Positions 10,168 to 22,384 are shown, counted from the stretch's first letter. The stretch is DNA of 64,000 nt from Bordetella parapertussis (GCA_945883145.1 CAMCXB010000002.1:41825-105824); one strand, 5' to 3'. The notes: generated by a model from the letters alone, not told the origin. Numbers and translations: made by a program.

Positions 10168-10632
10168 AGCGCTGAAGGGCTAAACATAGGCGTTAGGTTT
10201 CAATATTGATAATAACTGCAAAGATCAGCGATACAAGCGCGATTTGAGCCCTCAAAATCCTTGATTTCAAACGATTTTCCCCAGATTGGACTTGACCGAC
10301 TTGCTGCAACGCAGTAACGTATTGATCCCCTGTCATCCACAGGGGAATCCTGTGCCTTGCCACGGGTGGCGCAAGACGCTGCTCGTGCGACAAGGCTCTT
10401 TCATTTTGAAAGCTGTTTGCTCTAACCCACGCCACAAGCGTGAAGAATCTTTTGTTGTTTTACGCCCTCAGGCTGCACGAGTCGCGTTTAGCGTTGGTTT
10501 GAAATACATCTGGGTATGTATAACGGACTGACGTGACCGCACAAAAAAGGAATGTCCGAGGATAAAACAACTGCCGATTCTATTAGGAGAGAGCATCCGA
10601 TCAATCTCCCATGGACCTTGAAAGGAAGTTGT

Positions 10633-12348
10633 ATGAGTCAAGAAATCACTGGCGCAGAAATTCTTGTGCGCTGTCTAGCCGAAGAGGGCGTCGAGCATGT
10701 GTTCGGCTATCCCGGTGGCGCTGTACTTTATATTTACGACGAAATTTTTAAGCAGAATAAGTTTCAGCACATACTCGTTCGTCATGAACAAGCTGCTGTA
10801 CATGCTGCTGATGCGTATTCACGTTGTTCGAATAAGATTGGTGTAGCACTCGTGACCTCAGGTCCTGGTGTAACCAATGCGGTAACGGGTTTGGCTACTG
10901 CCTATATGGATTCTATTCCTATGGTGGTGATCACAGGTCAGGTACCTTCGCATGCAATAGGACAAGACGCATTTCAAGAATGCGATACCGTCGGTATTAC
11001 CCGCCCTTGCGTAAAACATAATTTCTTGGTCAAGGATGTAAAAGACTTGGCCATGACGATGAAAAAAGCTTTTTATATTGCGACCACTGGCCGTCCTGGT
11101 CCAGTGCTAGTTGATATACCAAAAGACATCACGATTCACAAAACCACTTATGAGTATCCGCAAGAATTAGAAATGCGTTCTTATAAGCCGGTAGAAAAAG
11201 GTCATGCGGGTCAAATCAGAAAAGCGGTGCAGTTATTACTGACTGCTGAGCGTCCTATGATTTATACCGGTGGTGGTGTGATTTTGTCGGATGCTTCACC
11301 TGAGCTCAATAAATTAGTCGATAAACTCGGTTATCCCTGTACCAATACCTTGATGGGTCTGGGTGCATATCGTTCAACCAGTGAGCACTTTGTTGGTATG
11401 CCAGGTATGCATGGCACCTATGAAGCTAACATGGCAATGCAGCACTGTGATGTGCTGATTGCGATTGGTGCGCGTTTCGATGACCGCGTAATTGGCAATC
11501 CAAAACATTTCGCAACCAACCCACGCAAAATCATTCATATTGATATTGATCCTTCTTCAATTTCAAAACGTGTGAAAGTTGATATTCCTATCGTTGGCAA
11601 TGTCAAAGAAGTGTTGAATGAAATTTTGTCTCAACTCGATGCTGCTGAAACCAAACCTAATGCCACTGCGATCTCTGCATGGTGGAAGCAAGTTAATGAG
11701 TGGCGTAAAAAAGAATGTTTGAAATATCCAACGTCAACGGAAGTCATCAAACCACAGTCAGTCGTACAAAAACTGTGGGAAGTCACCAAAGGTGATGCCT
11801 TCATTACATCCGACGTAGGTCAACATCAAATGTGGGCAGCGCAGTACTACGGATTTGATAAGCCACGTCGTTGGATTAATTCAGGTGGCTTGGGCACCAT
11901 GGGTGTGGGCTTGCCCTATGCAATGGGTGTACAAATGGCACATCCTGATGCAACGGTAGCTTGCGTGACGGGTGAAGCTTCAATACAGATGTGTATACAA
12001 GAGCTCGCAACATGTAAGCAATATCATCTGACACCAAAAATCATTTTGCTCAACAATCGTTATCTCGGTATGGTGCGTCAGTGGCAGCAGATTGATTATG
12101 ACAAACGCTATTCAGAGTCCTACATGGATTCCTTGCCTAATTTCGATAAATTAGCAGAATCATTTGGCCATGTGGGTATGACCATTACCAAACCTAGTGA
12201 TGTGGAATCATCATTAAAAGATGCCTTCGCGATGAAAGACAAACTCGTCTTCATGAATTTCATCACCGATCGCGATGAAAACGTATGGCCTATGGTGAAA
12301 GCAGGTAAGGGTCTGACTGAGATGCTGCTTGGTTCGGAGGATCTATAA
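10633..12348 (+). CDS. ilvI: acetolactate synthase (acetohydroxyacid synthase) large subunit
   Basis: Start moved to ATG 10633 (MSQEITGAEILVRCL..., AAGGAAG RBS). TPP-enzyme motifs GYPGGAV and GGLGTMGVGLPYAMG are present, and ilvH-ilvC follow. Confidence 0.93.
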   Translation: MSQEITGAEILVRCLAEEGVEHVFGYPGGAVLYIYDEIFKQNKFQHILVRHEQAAVHAADAYSRCSNKIGVALVTSGPGVTNAVTGLATAYMDSIPMVVITGQVPSHAIGQDAFQECDTVGITRPCVKHNFLVKDVKDLAMTMKKAFYIATTGRPGPVLVDIPKDITIHKTTYEYPQELEMRSYKPVEKGHAGQIRKAVQLLLTAERPMIYTGGGVILSDASPELNKLVDKLGYPCTNTLMGLGAYRSTSEHFVGMPGMHGTYEANMAMQHCDVLIAIGARFDDRVIGNPKHFATNPRKIIHIDIDPSSISKRVKVDIPIVGNVKEVLNEILSQLDAAETKPNATAISAWWKQVNEWRKKECLKYPTSTEVIKPQSVVQKLWEVTKGDAFITSDVGQHQMWAAQYYGFDKPRRWINSGGLGTMGVGLPYAMGVQMAHPDATVACVTGEASIQMCIQELATCKQYHLTPKIILLNNRYLGMVRQWQQIDYDKRYSESYMDSLPNFDKLAESFGHVGMTITKPSDVESSLKDAFAMKDKLVFMNFITDRDENVWPMVKAGKGLTEMLLGSEDL

Positions 12349-12349
12349 C

Positions 12350-12841
12350 ATGCGCCATATTATTTCTGCCTTATTAGAAAATGAAGCCGGTGCGTTGTCA
12401 CGTGTCGTAGGATTATTTTCTGCGCGTGGCTATAACATTGAGACGCTGACCGTTGCACCTACTGAAGATGCAACACTGTCACGTATGACTATCGTGACTT
12501 CAGGTTCAGATGATGTGGTTGAACAAATTACAAAACATTTGAATCGCTTAATCGAAGTCGTGAAAGTAGTTGATCTCACAGAAGGCGCGTTTATTGAACG
12601 TGAACTCATGTTGATCAAAGTACGTGCAGTAGGTAAAGAGCGCGAAGAAATGAAGCGTACTACGGATATCTTCCGTGGTCGCATCATCGATGTCACTGAT
12701 AAGACTTACACCATTGAGCTGACAGGGAATAAATCCAAGCTTGATGCATTCATTGATGCCATCGACCGTGCATCCATACTTGAAACCGTCCGCACTGGTG
12801 GATCGGGCATAGGGCGTGGTGAACGAATTCTCAAGGTTTAA
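12350..12841 (+). CDS. ilvH: acetolactate synthase small (regulatory) subunit
   Basis: ATG 12350 lies 1 nt after the ilvI stop. N-terminal ACT domain: HIISALLENEAGALSRVVGLFSARGYNIETLTV. Confidence 0.93.
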   Translation: MRHIISALLENEAGALSRVVGLFSARGYNIETLTVAPTEDATLSRMTIVTSGSDDVVEQITKHLNRLIEVVKVVDLTEGAFIERELMLIKVRAVGKEREEMKRTTDIFRGRIIDVTDKTYTIELTGNKSKLDAFIDAIDRASILETVRTGGSGIGRGERILKV

Positions 12842-12869
12842 TTCAATCAACAACTTAGACAATTTTTAA

Positions 12870-14154
<1,285 letters not shown>

Positions 14155-14172
14155 AAGCTTGTATTGAAAATG

Positions 14173-14203
14173 AAAAAGGCTGCACATCTGTGCAGCCTTT
14201 TTT
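14173..14203. terminator. bidirectional rho-independent terminator
   Basis: AAAAA-GGCTGCAC..GTGCAGCC-TTTTTT. It follows ilvC-end copy 3 and lies 20 nt beyond the stop of the convergent 564-aa gene. Confidence 0.7.
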
Positions 14204-14222
14204 GTGTCTACGTAATAGCTAA

Positions 14223-15917
14223 TTAAGAAAGAACCTCTTCTCTAGGCATTTCATCTAGAACAGTTTCATTGATTGTAAATTTATAAAAAATTCCAGCATC
14301 AATCACCCTTATTTTAATTTCGTCATCTTCGTTTATTAGAATTTCACATTCCATATTTATTTTTTGTACGAATTTTTCTGAACTTGCTTTTTCGCCTTTA
14401 TCGAGAACTTGGTTGATGGGTAGAAGTGTAAAATTAGCAGGAATATTTTCATCAGGTTGATGCTTGATTCTTAGGTTATCGCCATCGGTATATTGTGTTG
14501 CTCTTAAAATAATTCGTCTGTCTCTTCCTTCTGTTTCATTTTCAATTAAATTGACATCAAATAGTATTTTTGCTTTCTCTGGATCACCAACATTGGATAT
14601 GAATGAACTTGAGTTTTGAAATGAAAAAGTGAGTAAAGTGCCAAAAGTAGTTTGACTCAAAAAATGAGAAATATCAGATATATTTTTTGTATTTAGGTTA
14701 GATTGAAGTTGAAATTTCTTTAAAGGTTTAATAAATGAATCATTTAATAAAATAAGGTCAGGATCTATTTTTTTATTGGATTCTGGATTCGATTCTGAGT
14801 TTTCATAACTTTCAAACTCTTCGTTTAAAAATCCGTTGGGCAGATATTTTTCTATAGTTTTTGATTGATTTGCTTTTGGGGCGATATTTTGAGTGTTGGT
14901 ATCTTTCCCATTTATACTAAATTTCGATGTGCTTCTAGTTGCATCTTTACTGCATTGAGCGTCAAGGTTTGAAATGAGATTTGAAAGTTCTATCTTGTCT
15001 TGTTCTTCGCACAATGGGTCATTAAGTTGTGTTTTTAAATTTTTTGCGATTTGTTCTTTTTGTTTTTCGGTAAAAGAAATTTTATATTCGTATACTTTCC
15101 CTTCATGTATGTAGGGAATAGACATATCTTCAGGGATGTTTTTTTTAATTTGATTACGCAATTCAATCCGATTTTTTACTATTGCTATAGCCTCTTTTTT
15201 ATTTACTCCCTTGTCTAGCAAATGCATAAATGCTAAAGATGCGCTTAATTGTAATTTCAATGGTAGATCTTTTTCTATATGTTTTTTATTGATTAGATTT
15301 TCTGCCAAGCGCGCAAGTTTATATGCCTCTTTAAATTCAAATTTAAATTCTTCCATTGCGACACAAGTTTTTCTAGATGCTTCTGTAGCATCTTTTTTTG
15401 ATAGACCAAATTGCTTAATTAAATATGCGGTGTGATTTGCTACATTGGTAGCCTTTCTTAAATCACTGCTAGGTGTATTCATTAGTTCTTCAACAACAAA
15501 GCCATATATTTTTTTATCTTTAATATCCCAAAGTTGTTTTATATTTTCATTTTCTTTAAATAGATCTGAGTTTTCAAGAGTCGATTTAAAATTAGGTTCT
15601 GGATTTTTAACATCAAGCAAAAATATTTTTTTTAGTAAAGAGGTAACGGGTTTAACTTCTATTTTTTCTTGAAATAGTGATACTTCACCAAATAATTTAT
15701 GTTGAATTGCAAGTTCTGCTTTTTCATTCCAATTTGTGCGTTCGCGACTAGGATTGAAAATCGCTCTGAAGCCTGATTTGAAACGATCGGTCCAACTCGC
15801 GATACGTACATTGCCTGATTCTGATACACGCACCTCCCATTTATTTGTCTGCGCCTTATGGTAGATATTTAAAGCTTCAATCGTATTTTGTTTGGCGATA
15901 CTGGTCATGGATTTCAC
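14223..15917 (-). CDS. hypothetical protein, AT-rich orphan (candidate secreted/host-interaction protein)
   Basis: Uninterrupted 564-codon ORF in strongly AT-rich DNA. My spot counts of 60-nt lines give about 27-30% G+C here versus about 52% in ilvC. Lys/Asn/Glu/Ser-rich, with no TM segment, signal peptide or catalytic motif that I recognise. It interrupts the usual ilvC-psd adjacency. Confidence 0.7.
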   Translation of the reverse strand: MKSMTSIAKQNTIEALNIYHKAQTNKWEVRVSESGNVRIASWTDRFKSGFRAIFNPSRERTNWNEKAELAIQHKLFGEVSLFQEKIEVKPVTSLLKKIFLLDVKNPEPNFKSTLENSDLFKENENIKQLWDIKDKKIYGFVVEELMNTPSSDLRKATNVANHTAYLIKQFGLSKKDATEASRKTCVAMEEFKFEFKEAYKLARLAENLINKKHIEKDLPLKLQLSASLAFMHLLDKGVNKKEAIAIVKNRIELRNQIKKNIPEDMSIPYIHEGKVYEYKISFTEKQKEQIAKNLKTQLNDPLCEEQDKIELSNLISNLDAQCSKDATRSTSKFSINGKDTNTQNIAPKANQSKTIEKYLPNGFLNEEFESYENSESNPESNKKIDPDLILLNDSFIKPLKKFQLQSNLNTKNISDISHFLSQTTFGTLLTFSFQNSSSFISNVGDPEKAKILFDVNLIENETEGRDRRIILRATQYTDGDNLRIKHQPDENIPANFTLLPINQVLDKGEKASSEKFVQKINMECEILINEDDEIKIRVIDAGIFYKFTINETVLDEMPREEVLS

Positions 15918-16163
15918 CTTTATTTAATCAAGATTTGTCATTCGAACTTCTTGTTTTTGATGCCAATTTTTTGGTTCAATTTTTCGTTAGAAAAAATTGG
16001 TGGCAAGGAACTGGGATAAGTTCTTTATTGAATCTGGGTTGAATTAAGGTGGTTGTAGGCTGTTTGATGCGTTGAGCTGATATCATTCGACAATTGTTAT
16101 CCAGAAGATTTTTCCTTGAGTTAATCTTTCATAAAAGAAAATTTCTAGTTTATTGGAGCAGGT

Positions 16164-16802
16164 TTGAATTCTTATCCCCACCCCATCATTGCCCGCGAAG
16201 GCTGGCCGTTCCTTGCGATTGCTGTCATTGTTGCTCTTATCGCATCTGTTACCTTAGGTGCTTGGTCGCTTCCTTTCTGGTTGATCGCACTATTTGTTTT
16301 GCAGTTTTTCCGTGACCCTGGTCGTTTGATTCCTCTTGATCCCAAGGCGGTGTTGTCACCGGCTGATGGTCGTATCGTGGTGGTGGCCAAGGCACATGAT
16401 CCTTATGCCAATCGCGAAGCCTTGAAAATCAGTGTGTTTATGAATGTATTTAATGTGCATTCAAATCGCGCGCCGGTGGATGGCAAGATTGAAAAAGTCG
16501 AGTATTTCCCTGGCAAATTCGTGAATGCTGATCTGGACAAAGCATCGACTGAAAATGAACGCAATGCCTTAGTTATTAAGGCGGCTAATGGTGAGACGGT
16601 GACTTGTGTGCAAGTGGCTGGTCTGGTTGCACGTCGCATTCTTTGCTATGTAAATGCATCTGATGTCTTAGCGCGTGGTCAGCGTTACGGCTTTATTCGC
16701 TTTGGTTCACGTGTTGATGTGTATTTACCTTTGACAGCGCGTCCTCTAGTTGTGGTGGGCGATAAAGTGTCGGCGACGGAAACGATTCTTGCTGAATTCT
16801 GA
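16164..16802 (+). CDS. psd: phosphatidylserine decarboxylase proenzyme (short form)
   Basis: TTG start with a GGAG RBS 6 nt upstream. N-terminal membrane helices and the C-terminal self-cleavage motif FGSRVD are present, and pssA follows. Confidence 0.88.
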   Translation: MNSYPHPIIAREGWPFLAIAVIVALIASVTLGAWSLPFWLIALFVLQFFRDPGRLIPLDPKAVLSPADGRIVVVAKAHDPYANREALKISVFMNVFNVHSNRAPVDGKIEKVEYFPGKFVNADLDKASTENERNALVIKAANGETVTCVQVAGLVARRILCYVNASDVLARGQRYGFIRFGSRVDVYLPLTARPLVVVGDKVSATETILAEF

Positions 16803-16837
16803 TTCAACTCTCTTCGCTACTCGGATACCATACCGCC

Positions 16838-17710
16838 ATGTCACTCTTTAACAACCGTAAATCTAAGGCCAAATCTAGTCACGCTAGAGGCTTGAGGCTG
16901 CCGCGATTGCCTATCCGACGACTGCGAAAATCAGAAGATTCAGATCCATTCTCTCCGCCTGAGCGTAATCGTGGGATTTATCTTTTACCCAATGCGTTTA
17001 CGACTGCGGCTTTGTTTTGCGGGTTTTATGCAATTGTGATGGCGATGAATGGTCAGTTTTCTAACGCAGCAGTGGCGATTTTTGCGGCGATGGTGTTGGA
17101 TGCGGTGGATGGTCGCGTTGCGCGATTAACCAATACCACCAGTGAATTTGGCGCTCAATACGATAGTTTGTCTGACATGGTGTCCTTCGGTGCAGCACCC
17201 GCTTTGATTATGTATGAATGGGCTTTGCGCGGCATGGGTAAGTTGGGTTGGTTGGCTGCCTTTGTTTATTGCGCTGGTGCTGCTTTAAGACTGGCGCGTT
17301 TTAATACCAATATTACGGTTGTAGATAAACGGTTTTTTCAGGGCTTGCCTAGTCCGGCTGCGGCTGCGTTAGTAGCCGGCTTTATTTGGTTGATGGATGA
17401 TCTACGGATTGCAGGTACGGATTTCAATTGGCTTTCATGGACGATCACCTTGTATGCCGGTTTGACCATGGTGACCAATGCGCCTTTTTATAGTTTTAAG
17501 GATGTGAATTTCCGTAAATCGGTACCGTTTATTGCAGTTTTCTTGATCGTACTGATTTTCGTTGCAGTCTCTAGCGATCCTCCTAAAGTCTTATTTGGTT
17601 TATTTGTGATCTATGGTTTATCTGGCTATGCCGTCTTTATCTGGCGCCGTATGCAAGGTAATCCAGTGAGCATTGTGCAGACCGAGCCGGACTCACCAGA
17701 CGATCACTAA
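16838..17710 (+). CDS. pssA: CDP-diacylglycerol--serine O-phosphatidyltransferase
   Basis: CDP-alcohol phosphatidyltransferase motif DAVDGRVARLTNTTSEFGAQYDSLSD in a polytopic membrane protein. Confidence 0.9.
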   Translation: MSLFNNRKSKAKSSHARGLRLPRLPIRRLRKSEDSDPFSPPERNRGIYLLPNAFTTAALFCGFYAIVMAMNGQFSNAAVAIFAAMVLDAVDGRVARLTNTTSEFGAQYDSLSDMVSFGAAPALIMYEWALRGMGKLGWLAAFVYCAGAALRLARFNTNITVVDKRFFQGLPSPAAAALVAGFIWLMDDLRIAGTDFNWLSWTITLYAGLTMVTNAPFYSFKDVNFRKSVPFIAVFLIVLIFVAVSSDPPKVLFGLFVIYGLSGYAVFIWRRMQGNPVSIVQTEPDSPDDH

Positions 17711-17770
17711 CAATTTTTAAACAGTGGATATGCGGTTGCACTTTTATCTGAATCCGCTTATGCTTTAACC

Positions 17771-17851
17771 ATGACACGTTCTTCACATTCCTCGTCCATC
17801 ATTTTACGTAGCGGCCTGCTTGGTCTGCTACTCCTGCATCTATTGCGCTAA
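17771..17851 (+). CDS. putative leucine-rich leader peptide of leuA (attenuation-type control)
   Basis: A 26-codon ORF, MTRSSHSSSIILRSGLLGLLLLHLLR*, lies 108 nt upstream of leuA. Nine of the 26 codons are Leu, including LLGLLLLHLL. No textbook terminator was found downstream. Confidence 0.5.
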   Translation: MTRSSHSSSIILRSGLLGLLLLHLLR

Positions 17852-17958
17852 CGCGCAGACTCCCTTTCCCCTACAATTCGTGTTTTACCTCGTTCATGCT
17901 AAGACAAGAACAGGTGAAATTGCATGCAAACCCATAGTTATTCCATCAGGAGCCCAGC

Positions 17959-19503
17959 ATGGCTGATTCAAATAAGCTGATTATTTTCGATACCACATTG
18001 CGTGATGGCGAGCAGTCGCCCGGCGCGTCCATGACGAAAGAAGAAAAGATTCGTATTGCGCGTCAATTGGAACGTCTAAAAGTTGATGTGATCGAAGCAG
18101 GCTTTGCTGCCTCTTCACAAGGTGACTTTGAAGCGATTAAAGCCATTGCAGGTTTGATCAAAGATTCCACTGTGTGTTCACTTTCGCGTGCGAATGACAA
18201 AGACATCGCACGTGCTGCTGAAGCCTTAGCACCTGCTTCCAGAAAACGTATTCATACGTTTATCGCGACTTCGCCTCTGCACATGGAGAAAAAGTTGCGT
18301 ATGTCGCCGGATCAAGTTTTAGAGCAAGCACGTCAGGCAGTGCGCTTTGCAAGACAATTTACTGATGATGTGGAGTTCAGTCCTGAAGATGGTAGTCGTT
18401 CAGAAATGGATTTTCTGTGTCGCGTTTTAGAAGCGGTGATTGATGAAGGTGCCACCACGATTAATTTCGCCGATACCGTTGGTTATGGCGTGCCAGAGTT
18501 GTACGGCACCATGCTGCGTACTTTGCGAGAACGTATTCCTAATTCTGATAAAGCGGTTTGGTCTGTGCATTGTCACAATGACTTAGGTATGGCAGTGGCA
18601 AATTCATTGGCAGGTGTGATGATAGGTGGCGCACGTCAAGTGGAATGCACGATTAATGGCTTAGGTGAGAGAGCAGGTAACACTGCTTTAGAAGAAATTG
18701 TGATGGCTGTGCGTACCCGTAAAGACCATTTCAACTTACAAATTGGAATCGATGCGACGCAAATTGTGCCAACTTCTAAATTGGTCTCGCAAATCACAGG
18801 CTTTGCGGTTCAACCTAATAAAGCCGTAGTGGGTGCGAATGCCTTTGCGCATGCATCAGGCATACATCAAGACGGTATTTTAAAAGCGCGTGATACCTAT
18901 GAAATTATGCGTGCAGAAGATGTGGGTTGGTCTGCTAATAAAATCGTCTTGGGTAAACTCTCTGGACGCAATGCATTCAAACAGCGTATTGAAGAATTAG
19001 GCATTACTTTAGATTCTGAAGTAGAAATGAATGCTGCTTTTACGCGCTTTAAAGAGTTAGCCGATCGTAAGTCAGAAATCTTTGATGAAGATATTATGGC
19101 TTTAGTCTCAGATGAACAAAACTCACATGAGCAAGAGCACTATGCTTTTGTTTCGCTGAATCAGCATTCAGAAACGGGTGCAAAACCTAGTGCAAAAGTC
19201 GCCTTCACGATAGCGGGCAAAGAAACGATTTGCGAAGGTCAGGGTAATGGTCCTGTGGATGCGATTGTGAATGCAATTGAATCCACCACAAAAAGCGGTG
19301 CAGAGTTATTGCTCTTTTCTGTCAATGCGATCACTACCGGCACTGAATCGCAAGGTGAAGTCACCATGCGTTTATCTAAAGCTGGTCGGATTGTGAATGG
19401 CGTCGGTGCTGATTTGGATATCGTGGTGGCTTCAGCAAAAGCGTATTTGTCTGCACTGAATAAACTCCATTCAAAAACCGAGAAGCTAAATCCTCAGGTT
19501 TAA
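17959..19503 (+). CDS. leuA: 2-isopropylmalate synthase
   Basis: Motifs LRDGEQSPG and [16 protein letters not shown], a C-terminal LeuA dimerisation/regulatory domain, 514 aa. Confidence 0.95.
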   Translation: MADSNKLIIFDTTLRDGEQSPGASMTKEEKIRIARQLERLKVDVIEAGFAASSQGDFEAIKAIAGLIKDSTVCSLSRANDKDIARAAEALAPASRKRIHTFIATSPLHMEKKLRMSPDQVLEQARQAVRFARQFTDDVEFSPEDGSRSEMDFLCRVLEAVIDEGATTINFADTVGYGVPELYGTMLRTLRERIPNSDKAVWSVHCHNDLGMAVANSLAGVMIGGARQVECTINGLGERAGNTALEEIVMAVRTRKDHFNLQIGIDATQIVPTSKLVSQITGFAVQPNKAVVGANAFAHASGIHQDGILKARDTYEIMRAEDVGWSANKIVLGKLSGRNAFKQRIEELGITLDSEVEMNAAFTRFKELADRKSEIFDEDIMALVSDEQNSHEQEHYAFVSLNQHSETGAKPSAKVAFTIAGKETICEGQGNGPVDAIVNAIESTTKSGAELLLFSVNAITTGTESQGEVTMRLSKAGRIVNGVGADLDIVVASAKAYLSALNKLHSKTEKLNPQV

Positions 19504-19580
19504 GTAGTGAAATTTGAAAATCAGAATAAATTGTCAAATTAAAAACATCCTGAGTTAGTAAGTTAGTTTTGCTGTTAAAT

Positions 19581-19609
19581 TTGTAAAAGGAGAGGCTTTC
19601 GGCTATACT
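19581..19609 (+). promoter_or_regulatory. candidate sigma-70 promoter of rpsO
   Basis: TTGTAA-17 nt-TATACT, about 95 nt upstream of the rpsO ATG. This is a sequence match only. Confidence 0.35.
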
Positions 19610-19702
19610 CTCCGGTTGGTCGGATTTGACCAATTTAATCACGGCAGTTTGGGTGGAGGTTGTAATCAAAACTCGTTTTGCCGCTTGTGAAGGATAGTAA
19701 AC

Positions 19703-19972
19703 ATGTCAGTAACTAAAGAAAGTAAAGCCGCGGTCATTGCTTCAAACGCCCGCGCACAAAATGATACGGGTTCTCCAGAAGTGCAAGTCGCTCTCTTGAC
19801 TGCACGTATCAATGAATTAAATAGCCATTTCAAAGCGCATACCAAAGATCATCATTCACGTCGTGGTTTGATCATGATGGTGAATCGTCGTAAAAGTCTG
19901 CTAGCTTACTTAAAGCGTAAAGATGCAGATCGTTACCGCGCATTGATCGAAAAGCTTGGTCTGCGTAAGTAA
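19703..19972 (+). CDS. rpsO: 30S ribosomal protein S15
   Basis: 89-aa ORF with ...[34 protein letters not shown].... The rpsO-pnp pair is present. Confidence 0.97.
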   Translation: MSVTKESKAAVIASNARAQNDTGSPEVQVALLTARINELNSHFKAHTKDHHSRRGLIMMVNRRKSLLAYLKRKDADRYRALIEKLGLRK

Positions 19973-20178
19973 TTACCATTGCAATCTTTTCGTTTCATCG
20001 CTGAGATGCCTGTGTCAGTTTTCTGATGCGGGCATTTTGCATTTCTGGCAGTTGTAATGAGGTTGTAGAGTTAGCAGTGTAGTGTGTAGCAAAGTAAGGT
20101 GACGGAAGAATTGTCACACGTGGTGAGGTGAACGACAGCGCCTGAAAATCTGTCGGCAAAATAGAAAGGAAACACCTA

Positions 20179-22320
20179 ATGTTTAATAAAGTTACGAAAA
20201 CCTTCCAGTATGGTCAACACACAGTGACCATGGAGACCGGCGAGATTGCTCGTCAGGCATCCGGTGCTGTTTTAGTTTCAGTTGAAGATACCGTTATCTT
20301 AGCCACCGTTGTGGCGCGTAAAGATGCGAAGCCAGGTCAGGATTTTTTCCCACTGACAGTTGATTATGTAGAAAAAACTTATGCTGCGGGTCGTATACCT
20401 GGAGGCTTCTTCAAGCGTGAAGGACGTCCATCAGAAAAAGAAACGCTGACCTCGCGTTTAATTGATCGTCCTATTCGTCCGCTGTTCCCTGAAGGTTATT
20501 TGAATGAAGTACAAGTCATCATTCATGTAGTTTCAGTAAATCCAGAAATCGATCCTGATATTCCAGCCATGATTGGTGCTTCTGCTGCGTTGTGCATAGC
20601 AGGCATTCCTTTCAATGGTCCATTAGGTGCAGCCCGTGTTGGTTACATTGATGGTCAATATGTATTGAACCCAGTTGTTTCACAATTACCGAAATCACAA
20701 ATGGATTTAGTGGTAGCGGGTACTGAAACTGCAGTGTTAATGGTTGAATCAGAAGCACTCGAGTTATCAGAAGAAATTATGTTGGGTGCGGTAGTGTTTG
20801 GTCACACTCAAATGAAAGTAGTGATTGATGCGATTCATGATTTAGTGCGTGATGGTGGTAAGCCAGAAGTGCAATGGAGTCCTGCTCCGAAAAATGAAGC
20901 ACTGATCGCGAAAGTTTCAGGAATTGCTGAAGCTAAATTGCGTGAAGCGTATCAAATCAAAGAAAAGCAAGCACGTACCAATCAACTTAAAGAAGTCAGT
21001 GCTGCTGTTAATGCTGCATTTGCAGATGATGCTGAAGCACCTGATTCATCTGAGTTGGGCAACATCATGTTTGATTTAGAAGCCAAGATCGTACGTTCAC
21101 AAATTTTAGAAGGTGAGCCACGTATTGATGGTCGTGACACACGTACTGTGCGTCCAATTTCTATTCGTAGCAGCGTACTGCCACGTACCCATGGTTCAGC
21201 TTTGTTTACACGTGGTGAAACTCAAGCTTTAGTAGTAGCTACATTGGGTACTGCACGTGATGAACAAAAAATTGATGCCTTAACAGGTGAGTACAGTGAC
21301 AGATTTATGCTTCACTACAATATGCCTCCGTTTGCAACAGGTGAAACCGGTCGTGTAGGTACACCTAAGCGTCGTGAAATTGGTCATGGTCGTTTAGCAA
21401 AACGTGCATTGGTTGCCGTCTTACCTGCAGCGGATGAATTTAGTTACTCAGTCCGTTTGGTTTCTGAAATCACCGAATCGAATGGTTCTTCATCGATGGC
21501 GTCCGTTTGCGGTGGTTGCTTAGCATTGATGGATGCTGGTGTACCGATGAAAGCGCATGTAGCTGGTATTGCGATGGGCTTGATCAAAGATGGCAATAAG
21601 TTTGCTGTCTTGTCTGACATCTTGGGTGATGAAGATCATCTCGGTGACATGGACTTTAAAGTAGCTGGTTCAGCCAATGGTATTACTGCATTGCAGATGG
21701 ATATCAAGATTCAAGGTATCACTAAAGAAATCATGCAAGTCGCTTTGGCACAAGCTAAAGAAGGTCGCCTACATATTCTGAGCAAGATGCAAGAAGCGAT
21801 GCCACATGGCCGTACTGAGTTGTCTAACTTCGCTCCTCGTCTGATCACCATCAAGATCAATCCAGAAAAAATTCGTGATGTGATTGGTAAGGGCGGTGCA
21901 GTGATTCGTGCACTGACCGAAGAAACAGGTACACAGATTGATATCACCGACGAAGGCGTAGTAACCATTGCTTCGGTTGATGCAGCTGCAGGCCAAGAAG
22001 CGAAGCGTCGTATTGAAGAGCTGACTGCTTCAGTTGAAGTCGGTAAGATCTATGAAGGTGTCGTTCTAAAGTTATTAGACTTCGGCGCTATCGTTCAAGT
22101 CATTCCAGGTAAAGATGGATTGCTGCATATCAGTCAAATCGCTAATGAACGTGTGAATGCTGTTGCTGATTATTTGAAAGAAGGTCAGCAAGTACGTGTC
22201 AAAGTGTTAGAGACAGATGATCGTGGTCGCTTAAAATTGTCCATGAAAGCAGTCGCTGCAGAAGAAGCAGCTGGTGAAGCTGGTGAAGCTGGTGAGGCAC
22301 CACAGGCTGAACAGCAGTAA
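20179..22320 (+). CDS. pnp: polyribonucleotide nucleotidyltransferase (PNPase)
   Basis: Two RNase PH domains, KH ([12 protein letters not shown]) and S1 ([18 protein letters not shown]) domains, 713 aa. Confidence 0.97.
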   Translation: MFNKVTKTFQYGQHTVTMETGEIARQASGAVLVSVEDTVILATVVARKDAKPGQDFFPLTVDYVEKTYAAGRIPGGFFKREGRPSEKETLTSRLIDRPIRPLFPEGYLNEVQVIIHVVSVNPEIDPDIPAMIGASAALCIAGIPFNGPLGAARVGYIDGQYVLNPVVSQLPKSQMDLVVAGTETAVLMVESEALELSEEIMLGAVVFGHTQMKVVIDAIHDLVRDGGKPEVQWSPAPKNEALIAKVSGIAEAKLREAYQIKEKQARTNQLKEVSAAVNAAFADDAEAPDSSELGNIMFDLEAKIVRSQILEGEPRIDGRDTRTVRPISIRSSVLPRTHGSALFTRGETQALVVATLGTARDEQKIDALTGEYSDRFMLHYNMPPFATGETGRVGTPKRREIGHGRLAKRALVAVLPAADEFSYSVRLVSEITESNGSSSMASVCGGCLALMDAGVPMKAHVAGIAMGLIKDGNKFAVLSDILGDEDHLGDMDFKVAGSANGITALQMDIKIQGITKEIMQVALAQAKEGRLHILSKMQEAMPHGRTELSNFAPRLITIKINPEKIRDVIGKGGAVIRALTEETGTQIDITDEGVVTIASVDAAAGQEAKRRIEELTASVEVGKIYEGVVLKLLDFGAIVQVIPGKDGLLHISQIANERVNAVADYLKEGQQVRVKVLETDDRGRLKLSMKAVAAEEAAGEAGEAGEAPQAEQQ

Positions 22321-22349
22321 GACACTGTTTAGTTTTGTTCTGCAAAGCT

Positions 22350-22384
22350 AAAACCGCCTGGCTAATTAGCCCGGCGGTTTTTTC
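22350..22384 (+). terminator. rho-independent terminator after pnp
   Basis: AAACCGCCTGGC-TAATTA-GCCCGGCGGTTTTTT. Confidence 0.7.

Noticed and set aside
10193-10531. ORFs 10193-10435(-) and 10286-10531(+) in the RDD/ilvI intergenic region
   Set aside because: They overlap each other and have no RBS. Their translations look random (Cys/His/Arg-rich). I treat the region as non-coding or regulatory.
15211-15672. Plus-strand ORFs 15211-15435 and 15445-15672 inside the 564-aa orphan gene
   Set aside because: They are short Phe/Ser/Leu-rich translations typical of the antisense strand of AT-rich coding DNA. The long minus-strand frame is the only uninterrupted one.
22262-22300. Tandem GAAGCTGGT units giving GEAGEAGEA at the PNPase C-terminus
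   Set aside because: This is a short low-complexity tail after the S1 domain with no structural or regulatory implication visible. It is noted only as trivial slippage-type repeat.
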